The notes under the pieces: generated by a model
The model's database searches: none
What the model was told of the DNA's origin: nothing
Seen by the model: the letters and a program-made list of their open reading frames with translations, nothing else
Program-made: the position numbers and the translations under genes
DNA from: Syntrophales bacterium
GTDB taxonomy: Bacteria; Desulfobacterota; Syntrophia; Syntrophales; UBA2210
Assembly: GCA_963666365.2 (NCBI GenBank)
Contig: CAXXNF010000002.1
Span: 1,440,001-1,504,000, forward strand
DNA: 64,000 nucleotides
Reading direction: 5' to 3'
Shown here: piece after piece, positions 1-8,976 of the stretch
Layout: every line of letters begins with the position of its first letter
Numbering within the stretch: position 1 is the stretch's first letter

Positions 1-393
1 CATGTTGCCGGCTATCTCGAAGGGGCAGTGGATGATTTTTTTGCCCGCAAGAATGTCGGCGTCCTCACCGGGCGCTCCGAGGGGGGCTGCATGCACAGCC
101 ATGGACGCTCTCAGCAACGCATGCAATTCCTTTCTCTGTGGGCCGGTTTTGAAGATATCCGCTATATTTGCAAGGGCATCCCTGCTGGAGGGATCGATTT
201 GAAGCACCTTCATAAAATAGTGAAGTGACTGGGCAATATCCTCCCGGGCAAAGGCTGCAACACCAAGGTTATTCAGGATTCGGCAGTCGTCGGGTGCTCG
301 TTTCAACAGCGCGGCAAAGAGGGTTTCCGCCTCCTCGATACGCCCCTCCTCATACAAATACTCGCCCTGCTCGATATCTGCTTGTAAATTCAA
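1..393 (-). CDS. 5' part of a TPR-containing glycosyltransferase-like protein, truncated by the window edge and absent from the ORF track
   Basis: Manual minus-strand translation from TTG 393 (GAGGAG upstream; alternative GTG 402) is open to position 1: QGEYLYEEGRIEEAETLFAALLKRAPDDCRILNNLGVAAFAREDIAQSLHYFMKVLQIDPSSRDALANI (TPR pairs), then KKIIHCPFEIAGNM, resembling the start of a GT-B domain. Confidence 0.7.
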   Translation of the reverse strand, partial: MNLQADIEQGEYLYEEGRIEEAETLFAALLKRAPDDCRILNNLGVAAFAREDIAQSLHYFMKVLQIDPSSRDALANIADIFKTGPQRKELHALLRASMAVHAAPLGAPGEDADILAGKKIIHCPFEIAGNM

Positions 394-631
394 TGCATCC
401 ACTCCTCACCTGCCCGCGATAGGAGGCATCGAAAATGATCACGCCATCCTGTCCGCTTTCGCAGAAACTCACTCACCGGCATCTCTGCCTTCTCACGTTT
501 AGCAATTATCATGCCTGCGCATCCTTCGATCGAACGACCGGACAACTCCGGTGCCGTTTCTGGCACTGATCTTGCTTCATCAGGTTGATGGGTTTGCAAT
601 TCCACACACATCACGACATGAAAGGGCGCAC

Positions 632-2338
632 ATGGTGAGTGTACTTACCGACAGCGGACATCACAGCGAAAGAGGGCATCAAGAAAACACCGCCATCCTG
701 CTGTCCGCCTGCATGATGGTAAAAAACGAGGAGGCGATGCTTTCGGGTTGTCTCGAGAGCATCAGGGATCATGTTGATGAACTGGTCATCGTCGATACGG
801 GATCGACCGACCGCACTATGGAGATTGCCCAGGCCTTCGGCGCCCGCCTGTTTCATCACCCCTGGGAGCACAATTTCAGCCTCCATCGCAATCAGTCCAT
901 CGCTTACGCCCGGGGACGATGGATCTTCATCATCGATGCCGACGAGGTGCTGGCACCCGCGGCAGTGCGAAGCCTCAGAGACGAAATCACCCTGGCCGAT
1001 ACAAAAGGAATGGACTCGCTGGTCATGAAGGTGGAAAACATGATGTCCCAAGGGCAAGAAACCGTCTGCAATGATTCGATTCGTCTTTTTCTGAATAACG
1101 GCGCCATCCGATATGAGGGAATCGTCCACAACAATCTGACGGGATTTTCACAGCCCGGCGGCTCGCTCAACCGCATCATCCACTACGGATACGACAAAGG
1201 GCGCGGCATGGCCGAGAAGAAATTCCAGCGCACCGCCGCACTCTTAAAAAAACAGATCGCCGAAAATCCCACCTCCGCCGCCGCCCACATGTACCTCAGC
1301 TCCTCCTACGCATCGCTCGATCTGTTCGAGGAATCCCTGAAGGAAGGCATGATTGCGGTGGATCTGGTGGAATCCGAGAATATCACCAACAAAACCTATG
1401 TACGGGCCTACTACGACGTGATCCGGGCGCTGATCCTCTCAAAACGCCTCGATGAGGCGAAACGTTATTGTGCAAGGGCATGCGAGCGCTTCGGGGACCA
1501 GATCGACGTCCTGGCGGCCCGCACCATGATCGCCTTTGAAGAGAAGAACTGGGCATCCGTCCTGGACTACGGAACCCGGTACCAGGAGCACCTCAACCGC
1601 TACCGTAACGGCGCCGGCACATCCGAAATGGTACATGTGGCCACTTACGGCGATGCCTGGAAAATATACGGCTGGATGGGATCGGCGCATCTGAAGCGGG
1701 GAAACATAGATGAGGCCGAAAGGCTCTTCCGCGGCGCACTCAACTGCGCCGCCGACAGAGGCGCAGTGTCCCGTCACGCGGGACTGGCCCTGATAAGCGC
1801 GGGCCGCATCGATTCGGCCCTGCCCTATCTGGAACAGGCCTACACCCTTGCCGACGGCACACAAGACTCGAGAGTGGTAGAGGCCCTTTTCAAGATCGGA
1901 ATTCTTAAAAGGGACAGGATGCGCGCTGCAGGAATGCGTACCGAAGCCCTGGCCATGGCGGACCTTTCCCTTTCCTGGTGCATGGAACTTGCCGACTTCG
2001 CCCAGCGCTACGGCGATGCGGAAAGCGCTCTCGCTCTCTACACCGCGGTATCTGAAATGGATGAGGGACATATCGAGGCCCGACTCCAGGCGGCCCTGCT
2101 GCTCCTCGCCGAGGGACGCATCGAAGAGGTAGTCCGGCACTGCGACGAGATGCTTCGCACGCTCTCACTCCCCAGGGATGTCACCATCGCCTCCTTTGCC
2201 GACCTGGCGGCATTATTTGCCGGTATCGGAAACAACCTGAGGGGGAAGAATATTCCCGGCGACGCAATTGCCCAACGCATTTCGGCACGACTCATTGACA
2301 TCGAGAGTCAAAAGTCCCGCCATTCGGACACTCCTTAA
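632..2338 (+). CDS. GT2 glycosyltransferase with C-terminal TPRs, probably flagellin glycosylation
   Basis: SACMMVKNEE, IVDTGSTDRT, IDADE (DxD), HYGY motifs then TPR helices; adjacent to fliC. ORF track start 551; ATG 632 has a purine-rich RBS. Confidence 0.9.
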   Translation: MVSVLTDSGHHSERGHQENTAILLSACMMVKNEEAMLSGCLESIRDHVDELVIVDTGSTDRTMEIAQAFGARLFHHPWEHNFSLHRNQSIAYARGRWIFIIDADEVLAPAAVRSLRDEITLADTKGMDSLVMKVENMMSQGQETVCNDSIRLFLNNGAIRYEGIVHNNLTGFSQPGGSLNRIIHYGYDKGRGMAEKKFQRTAALLKKQIAENPTSAAAHMYLSSSYASLDLFEESLKEGMIAVDLVESENITNKTYVRAYYDVIRALILSKRLDEAKRYCARACERFGDQIDVLAARTMIAFEEKNWASVLDYGTRYQEHLNRYRNGAGTSEMVHVATYGDAWKIYGWMGSAHLKRGNIDEAERLFRGALNCAADRGAVSRHAGLALISAGRIDSALPYLEQAYTLADGTQDSRVVEALFKIGILKRDRMRAAGMRTEALAMADLSLSWCMELADFAQRYGDAESALALYTAVSEMDEGHIEARLQAALLLLAEGRIEEVVRHCDEMLRTLSLPRDVTIASFADLAALFAGIGNNLRGKNIPGDAIAQRISARLIDIESQKSRHSDTP

Positions 2339-2435
2339 TTCACGTAACCGGCTTCGTGAAAAGGGAATCTCAGAATCTCATGGACCATTCCCCTCTCTTT
2401 GACACTTCAGCACAATAGAAATGTAGTTACAACGT

Positions 2436-2456
2436 AACATAGAACATAGAACATAG
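2436..2456. repeat. Heptamer tandem repeat (AACATAG)x3
   Basis: Directly visible; same unit family as 40487-40548. Confidence 0.8.
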
Positions 2457-2522
2457 CGCACTTCCTGCAGTCCCCAAAAAGACACACCATATTACAAAAA
2501 CCATACACATCGAAAAAATGGC

Positions 2523-2550
2523 TAAAGCTATTTCTCCCTCCTGCCGATAG
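2523..2550 (+). promoter_or_regulatory. Sigma28 (FliA) promoter of fliC
   Basis: TAAA-N16-GCCGATAG upstream of flagellin. Confidence 0.85.
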
Positions 2551-2663
2551 TAGAGTCAACTTTGAGAAAGGAGGTGAACGGCGAAGGCAGGATTGAGGGA
2601 GCGTCTTTACTTACAGAAAAAAAGTAACCATTCGTTCATTACATTACTATTTAAACTACCGCA

Positions 2664-2700
2664 CGGCATGGACGCCGGCGGCGCCACACTATCAGGGAGG
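2664..2700 (+). promoter_or_regulatory. Putative CsrA-binding sites in fliC leader
   Basis: Hairpin CGGC-ATGGAC-GCCG with GGA in the loop, plus CAGGGAGG overlapping the SD; typical layout of CsrA-regulated flagellin leaders. Confidence 0.6.
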
Positions 2701-2707
2701 ATAGATC

Positions 2708-4138
2708 ATGGGTTTAAGAATTCAAAACAATATCGCGGCAATGAACGCACACCGTCAGTTGAGCGCATCCGATGCGGCTCTCTCCAAATCGCTGGAAAAA
2801 CTTTCTTCGGGCTTCCGCATCAACAAGGCCGCCGACGACGCGGCGGGGCTGGCCATCTCCCAGTCGTTCAGGGCCGACATCGCCAGCTACAAGGTGGCAA
2901 GCAGAAACACCTCCGAGGCGAACTCTCTTCTTCAGGTGGCTGAAGGTTCGCTGGATCAGATGGGAAACATCCTTACCCGTCTGAAGGAGCTGTCCACACA
3001 GGCGGCTTCCGGTAACGCCGGGTCGAATATCGACAAGATCAATGACGAAGCGAATCAGCTCATCTCCGAATTAGACAGAATCGCCACCAGCACCAACTAC
3101 GCCGGCACGGATCTGCTCACGGGCAACCTGGCGGCGGGCACCATGACGGGAACCGTGGCCGATGCCTCTCACGGTTCCGATGCCACGGCAGTCGGTGAGA
3201 GCGGCGCATGGTTCGGCGCCACCGCCACCGGTCAGCTCACCGCCGTTACCGGCATCACCGGTACGCTGGATTCATCCATTGAAAACCTGGAAGACAGCGC
3301 CAACACCTGGACCATCGCAAAAGACGGCACGGCATCGGGTCTGGTGCTCTCCAACGGCAACGGCATGCAGTTCACCGCCACCGTCAACACCGGTGAAGGG
3401 ACGATCACCGTCGCCGGCATGGGCGAAGATCAGTCCGATCTGGTCATCGCCGGGACCGTCACCGACACCACGGCTGCCGATGGCGACACCATCGCCTTCG
3501 ACAAACTCGGCATTTCCTCGGTCAGCGTCGATGCCGGCACCACGGCCCAGGCCTGGACATTCTCCACTTCCGGCAGCAACATCGTCCTCACCGGCGCCGA
3601 CGGCACCAACCAGTCCGTGGCAGCCACGGCGGGGAGCGCTGTCGACTTCACCAATCTGGGCATCTCCTTCACCCTCGACGCCGAATGGGATACCAACGAC
3701 CTCGACGGCCTGACCATCACCACGGCGGGGACTGCCGGTACGTCCCTTGACTTCCAGATCGGTTCTGAGAACGCCAGCGACAACCAGTTGAGCATCAGTC
3801 TGGACGATGTACAGGCATCCGCACTGGGTCTCACCAGTGACATGCTTTCGACACAGTCGGGCGCACAGACGGCGCTGACCACTATCGACAGCGCCATCGA
3901 CACACTGTCGTCCAGCAGAGGCGACGTGGGCGCCTATATGAACCGCCTCAGCTACGCCTCGGCCAACTTGTCCAGCATGATTGAAAACGTCCAGGCGGCG
4001 GAATCGGTGATCCGCGACGTGGATATGGCCGCGGAGATGACAAGCTTCACGAAGAACCAGATCCTGATGCAGGCCGGCACGGCCATGCTCGCCCAGGCAA
4101 ACTCCGCCCCGCAGGCGGTTCTTTCGCTCCTCGGGTAG
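2708..4138 (+). CDS. fliC: Flagellin
   Basis: N-term LRIQNNIAAMNA...LSSGFRINKAADDAAGLAIS; C-term IRDVDMAAEMTSFTKNQILMQAGTAMLAQAN. Confidence 0.99.
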   Translation: MGLRIQNNIAAMNAHRQLSASDAALSKSLEKLSSGFRINKAADDAAGLAISQSFRADIASYKVASRNTSEANSLLQVAEGSLDQMGNILTRLKELSTQAASGNAGSNIDKINDEANQLISELDRIATSTNYAGTDLLTGNLAAGTMTGTVADASHGSDATAVGESGAWFGATATGQLTAVTGITGTLDSSIENLEDSANTWTIAKDGTASGLVLSNGNGMQFTATVNTGEGTITVAGMGEDQSDLVIAGTVTDTTAADGDTIAFDKLGISSVSVDAGTTAQAWTFSTSGSNIVLTGADGTNQSVAATAGSAVDFTNLGISFTLDAEWDTNDLDGLTITTAGTAGTSLDFQIGSENASDNQLSISLDDVQASALGLTSDMLSTQSGAQTALTTIDSAIDTLSSSRGDVGAYMNRLSYASANLSSMIENVQAAESVIRDVDMAAEMTSFTKNQILMQAGTAMLAQANSAPQAVLSLLG

Positions 4139-4189
4139 GATCACAGCGGAAAGAAGGGCATCGTCTTTCCGGAACAGTCTCACCACCAG

Positions 4190-4219
4190 GGCCGCGCCTT
4201 TCCGGCGCGGCCTTTTTTT
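4190..4219 (+). terminator. Rho-independent terminator after fliC
   Basis: GGCCGCGCC-TTTCC-GGCGCGGCC followed by T7. Confidence 0.9.
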
Positions 4220-4251
4220 GGCCGGTTTTTTGCTTACCGGAGAAAATGAAT

Positions 4252-4278
4252 TAAAGATTGGGAACATTTTTCCGATAA
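4252..4278 (+). promoter_or_regulatory. Sigma28 promoter of fliD operon
   Basis: TAAA-N15-TCCGATAA. Confidence 0.8.
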
Positions 4279-4372
4279 TTATCTTAGGAAGTAAGAAAAG
4301 TAGGAAGAGCAAGAGACGTGGGAAGCGTCATTTTTTTAACCCAAAACCTATAACCCATAACCTCATCAGGGC

Positions 4373-7300
4373 ATGCGCATGTCAAGTACGAATCTCATAA
4401 GCGGTCTTTCCAGCGGTTTCGACTGGCGTTCCATGATCGATCAGCTCATTGCCATCGACAGCCGGCGCGTTACGATCGTTGAGCACAAGAAAAGCGAGTA
4501 TGAATCGAAGCTTTCAGAGTGGCAGTCCTTCAATACGAAGCTCCTCGCACTGAAAACAACGGCGGAGAATTTAAGCGATCCCGACGACTTTATGAGTTTC
4601 AGCACAAATATGACCTCCGACAGCGCCACCGTCAAGGCGTCGGACCTTATCTCGGTGACCACTTCGTCGTCGGCGGCCGTGGGCGCCTACTCCATCGTGG
4701 TCGAGGAAAAGGCCTCGGCCCAGCGGCTTTCGTCGAACGCCTTCACCAGCCTCTCCGATGCACTGGGGACGGCCTGCGCCGGCGACATCATCATCAACGG
4801 CGTCACCATCACGATCGACGCCGGCGACAGTCTTACCGATATCAGGGACAGCATCAACAATGCGAACAGTGGAAGCACCCCCAGCGGTGTGACCGCCGGC
4901 ATTGTCAGGTATGGAGAAAGCGACTACCGGCTGTCGCTGACAAGTGATGCCACCGGCGCCGATGGGATCAGCCTTTTGAACGGCAGCGCCGGCGACATAT
5001 TGAACGCCCTCGGTTTCACCGACACCTCCCGGGTCGCCAAAAATCATCTCACCGGGGGCGACAGGAGCGACTGCTTTACCAGTTCCGTGGTCGCCGTCCA
5101 GACACTCCTCGGCCTTAACGACGCACGAACCTCGTCGGAAAACGGCATCGTGATCAACGGCGCCGGCATTGCCGCAATAGATCTCGCCACGGATACCCTT
5201 ACGACGATCGCCCAGAAATTCGTTGCTGCCGGCATCGATGCATCGGTGGTCAGTGAAACGGTCGACAACGAGGTGACCTATCGCCTGTTCATCGAGGGCG
5301 GCGCCAACACCTACACCGATGAGCACAATATTCTGGAAACACTGGGCATCATACGGGGGGGGCTTTCCGATGTAATGGGCGTCGAGGGCGATATCGAGAA
5401 CACGTCGGCCGGCGAGGCAATCACCGAGGATACCCTCATCAGCGCGATCGACGGGTACACCGGCTACGCGGCCGGCGATTACCTCTACCTGAACGGCACA
5501 AGAACCGACGGGACCACGACCGGCCTCCCCGATACCAGCCTTGTGTTTTCCGATACCACCACGGTGCGAGATCTCCTCGACACCATCGATAGCCTCTTCG
5601 GCAACGTGACGGCATCGGTGACCGGCGACGGGAAGATCCGCGTGGTCGACAACGGATCGGACGACAGTACGCTGGCGGTCCGGATATCAGTCAAAAACTC
5701 CGGCGGATCGGAAGAAACCACCCTGTCCTTCGAAAGTGACGGCGACATGGGAACGGCCGCCTCTCTGAGGGCGCGGGAGGTCGTCGCGGGAGGCGACGCG
5801 TCGATTACCATAGACGGCGTGGAGGTGACCAGTTCCAACAATTCCATCACCGACGCCATCAGCGGCGTGACCATCGATCTTCTGAAAGCGGATACGGAAA
5901 CGACCGTTTCTCTTGATGTCATCAGGAATCTGAACGCCGTCAAATCCAGAATCAGCACCTTCGTCAGCAGTTACAACAGCGTCATGTCCTACATACAAGC
6001 CCAGCAGTCCTACGATACGGAAGAAAAAGCCACGGGGGGGATTCTCTTCGGCGACGGCACCCTTTCATCAGTGAAGTCGGACCTGACGACCACCCTTCTT
6101 GAGACCGTCTGGGGCGTATCGTCGGAGTTCTCCATCCTGGGCCTCGCCGGCATCAATGTTGACAAAGACGGTCTGCTTTCCGTCGATTCGGACACCCTGA
6201 CGGAATATCTGGAAACCAACTTCAACGACATAAAACTGCTCTTCGCGGCGAACGGCACTGCCACAGGTTCGGACCTGGAGTACATCTCCTCCGGCGCCGA
6301 AAGCACCGCCGGAGACTATACCGTACATATCGATCAGGCAGCCTCACAGGCGACCCGCACGGGAAGCGTCGATCTTTCAGGGGGACTTTCGGAAAATATA
6401 ACTCTTTCCATCACCGAATCGGGGAACACGGCACAGGTGGCATTGACCGCGGGGATGAGTCTTGACGAGATAATCGAGGCGATTAATACCGAAACGGACA
6501 GGAATGTGACGGAAACCCTGGTCGGCGCCGTGCGCCTCTACGAAGGAACGGGACAGAGCAGCGCCATGACCGCGCAGACCGCCTGGGACGAGGTGTATGT
6601 CGGAGGCAACTCGGCCAACCTCCATGACGGCGATGTTATCGCATTTTCAGGCACGAACCGGTCCGGTCAGTCCATCTCCGGCGCCTATGCCCTTGACGAT
6701 GCATCCTCCGATACTGTCCAGGGGTTGCTTTCGGCCATCGAATCGGCCTTCGGCGGCGCGGTAAGCGCATCTGTCGACGCGTCCGGCCGTATCGTCATCA
6801 CCGATACCTTTGAAGGGGCAAGTCGACTCAGCATCTCCTTCGACTATTCCGACGCCCATCAACTGACCTTCGGTTCCGTGGATGCCACACCGGACGCAGG
6901 GGACGGCAGCCGGGAGGGACGCTGGGCGGTCCCCGTGACCGCATCGGACGACGGCAGTGGTCACCTTGTGCTTACCCACGACTATTACGGCAGCAGCCTC
7001 GGCTTTACCCTTTCGCAGACCGGCGCGACGGATTACCGGGAAATCGCTCTCTCGGATTCAGCATTGACGACGGCAGCATCGTCGGGGCAGATACTGGCCG
7101 ATGGTTCCACGACCTGGGACGGGCTTTTCGGCGCACAGGTGGAAGAAACAGACACCATTACCATCGCCGGGACCACCCATGACGGCACGGACGTAGGACC
7201 ACAGAGCTACAGCATCTACGGTGCGGGCAGTTACAAAGATGTGGACAGCCTGCTTACGGCGATTGAAGCCGCCTTTACCGCCGCCGGAGGATCGGTGGAC

Positions 7301-7894
7301 ACCCGCATCGAAGACGGGAAAATCGTGGTGGAAGACATGGAAACGGGAGAGGGCACCCTCTCGCTGACGCTGACCTGCAACAATGAGGGGGCCACATCTG
7401 ACCTTGATCTCGGTCTTTTTGATGCAGAATCGATGGTCGCTCATGACCTGACGCTGGGGCTTACGGGAGGCGCCGCAAACGGTCTCGATGTGGTGGGCGC
7501 CATCAACGGAGACCCCGCTTCCGGGTCGGGACAGATTCTGACATCGGAATCTGGCGCAACGGAAGGCATCAGTGTGAAGTATGGGGGAACCGACGCCGAC
7601 ATCGATGCGGGAACCGTACGGCTTACCACGGGCGTTGCCGAACTCTTCAGCCGGGTGCTCAGGAATATTACCGACCCCATCGATGGGTATGTGGTCTTCA
7701 AAAAGGAGTCACTCAGCACGAGTATCGAATCTTTTGAGGACCAGATCGATCGCATGACGGAACTTCTGAACCAAAAAATGCAAACGATGATCAATCGTTT
7801 TGTCGCCATGGAACTGGCTATCAGTGAGATCCAGAGTCAAAGTTCCTGGCTTTCAAGTCAGATCTCCACGCTCTTTGACTTTAGCGGCAACTGA
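4373..7894 (+). CDS. fliD: Flagellar filament cap protein, unusually long (1173 aa)
   Basis: N-term ISGLSSGFDWRSMIDQLIAI; middle SSNNSITDAISGVTIDLL and FVSSYN; C-term RFVAMELAISEIQSQ; position between fliC and fliS. Confidence 0.95.
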   Translation: MRMSSTNLISGLSSGFDWRSMIDQLIAIDSRRVTIVEHKKSEYESKLSEWQSFNTKLLALKTTAENLSDPDDFMSFSTNMTSDSATVKASDLISVTTSSSAAVGAYSIVVEEKASAQRLSSNAFTSLSDALGTACAGDIIINGVTITIDAGDSLTDIRDSINNANSGSTPSGVTAGIVRYGESDYRLSLTSDATGADGISLLNGSAGDILNALGFTDTSRVAKNHLTGGDRSDCFTSSVVAVQTLLGLNDARTSSENGIVINGAGIAAIDLATDTLTTIAQKFVAAGIDASVVSETVDNEVTYRLFIEGGANTYTDEHNILETLGIIRGGLSDVMGVEGDIENTSAGEAITEDTLISAIDGYTGYAAGDYLYLNGTRTDGTTTGLPDTSLVFSDTTTVRDLLDTIDSLFGNVTASVTGDGKIRVVDNGSDDSTLAVRISVKNSGGSEETTLSFESDGDMGTAASLRAREVVAGGDASITIDGVEVTSSNNSITDAISGVTIDLLKADTETTVSLDVIRNLNAVKSRISTFVSSYNSVMSYIQAQQSYDTEEKATGGILFGDGTLSSVKSDLTTTLLETVWGVSSEFSILGLAGINVDKDGLLSVDSDTLTEYLETNFNDIKLLFAANGTATGSDLEYISSGAESTAGDYTVHIDQAASQATRTGSVDLSGGLSENITLSITESGNTAQVALTAGMSLDEIIEAINTETDRNVTETLVGAVRLYEGTGQSSAMTAQTAWDEVYVGGNSANLHDGDVIAFSGTNRSGQSISGAYALDDASSDTVQGLLSAIESAFGGAVSASVDASGRIVITDTFEGASRLSISFDYSDAHQLTFGSVDATPDAGDGSREGRWAVPVTASDDGSGHLVLTHDYYGSSLGFTLSQTGATDYREIALSDSALTTAASSGQILADGSTTWDGLFGAQVEETDTITIAGTTHDGTDVGPQSYSIYGAGSYKDVDSLLTAIEAAFTAAGGSVDTRIEDGKIVVEDMETGEGTLSLTLTCNNEGATSDLDLGLFDAESMVAHDLTLGLTGGAANGLDVVGAINGDPASGSGQILTSESGATEGISVKYGGTDADIDAGTVRLTTGVAELFSRVLRNITDPIDGYVVFKKESLSTSIESFEDQIDRMTELLNQKMQTMINRFVAMELAISEIQSQSSWLSSQISTLFDFSGN

Positions 7895-7972
7895 CGTAAA
7901 GAGGATATTTCTACAGGGTAATGACCGCTCTGTTAATGAATGTATCTGAGTACACAGGAAAAGGAGGCATAT

Positions 7973-8431
7973 ATGTACGGAAAAGGAGTCAATGCATACC
8001 GGCAGACGCACGTAGTCACCGCCGATCCGCAAAAGCTGATCGTCATGTGCTACGAAGGGGTGATCAAAAACCTGAGATGCGCCCGCACCGCCTATGAGTT
8101 GAATGACTACGAAACAAAGGGACAGTCCCTGACCAAGGCGCATGATATTGTGGTATTCCTCATCCAGTCGCTCGACATGGAGAAGGGGGGCGATATTGCG
8201 CGCGGACTGGATGCGCTCTACAATTACATTCTCCGCCGCACCATGGAGGGCGATCTGAAGAAGGACATGACGGTCTTCGATGAGGCAATCGGCATATTTG
8301 AAGAACTGCTGTCCTCCTGGAGAGAGATATCGTTCCCTTCGCAAAAGGGCGATCACGAAACGGTCATGCCCGTAAGAAACAAAGGAACAGGAGAGGTACG
8401 ACAGATACTCTCCGGCAGCATCGGGGCTTGA
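7973..8431 (+). CDS. fliS: Flagellin export chaperone
   Basis: AYRQTHVVTADPQKLIVMCYEG, LDMEKGGDIARGLDALYNY; AAGGAGG RBS before ATG 7973. Confidence 0.95.
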   Translation: MYGKGVNAYRQTHVVTADPQKLIVMCYEGVIKNLRCARTAYELNDYETKGQSLTKAHDIVVFLIQSLDMEKGGDIARGLDALYNYILRRTMEGDLKKDMTVFDEAIGIFEELLSSWREISFPSQKGDHETVMPVRNKGTGEVRQILSGSIGA

Positions 8432-8434
8432 CCT

Positions 8435-8890
8435 ATGGACACCATGGCTCAGAATTCCGAAAACCTCATGCATCTGATCGTCAGGAAAAGGGATTTTCTG
8501 GAAGAGTTCCTTGCCTACACGGAGCGCCTCGTAAGAAAAACAGAGATCCTCGATGTGGACGAGATTACCCACCTCATCGGCAAACGGCAACGGCTCATCT
8601 CGGCAATTGAACGCATCGACAAGCGTATCGCTATCCTGGGAGGCGCCTCGGTGTTCTCCTTCCTGCCGGATTCCCGGAAGGGGGAACTGGCAGCGCTCTT
8701 CGAATCCATGAAAACAACCGCCCTTAAGGCCACCGAACTGACGGAGGACTGCGAGGCGTCGATGAATCTTGCCCGCCGTTATTTCAGAAATGAACTGTCG
8801 CGCAGCGGCAGGAAAAAGGAGGATCTGTCGCCCTATGCAGGCGCTTCAAGGCGTGCTTCGTCGCCGCGATTCCTCGACGCAAAATTGTGA
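8435..8890 (+). CDS. FliT/FlgN-like helical flagellar chaperone
   Basis: Follows fliS; all-helical, LIGKRQRLISAIERID; ends FLDAKL. Confidence 0.6.
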   Translation: MDTMAQNSENLMHLIVRKRDFLEEFLAYTERLVRKTEILDVDEITHLIGKRQRLISAIERIDKRIAILGGASVFSFLPDSRKGELAALFESMKTTALKATELTEDCEASMNLARRYFRNELSRSGRKKEDLSPYAGASRRASSPRFLDAKL

Positions 8891-8976
8891 GTTGCCTCTG
8901 AGGATTTGATTATTCCACCCCCTTCGGCGGCAGGTCTTTTAGAACCGCGGCACATCAATTTCTTCACCGTCTCCTT

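Noticed and set aside
2..228. Short plus-strand ORFs at the window start
   Set aside because: The minus-strand frame encodes clear TPRs and is the better call
7897..7930. Third sigma28 promoter before fliS
   Set aside because: TAAAG present but no CCGATA-like -10 at 15-16 nt
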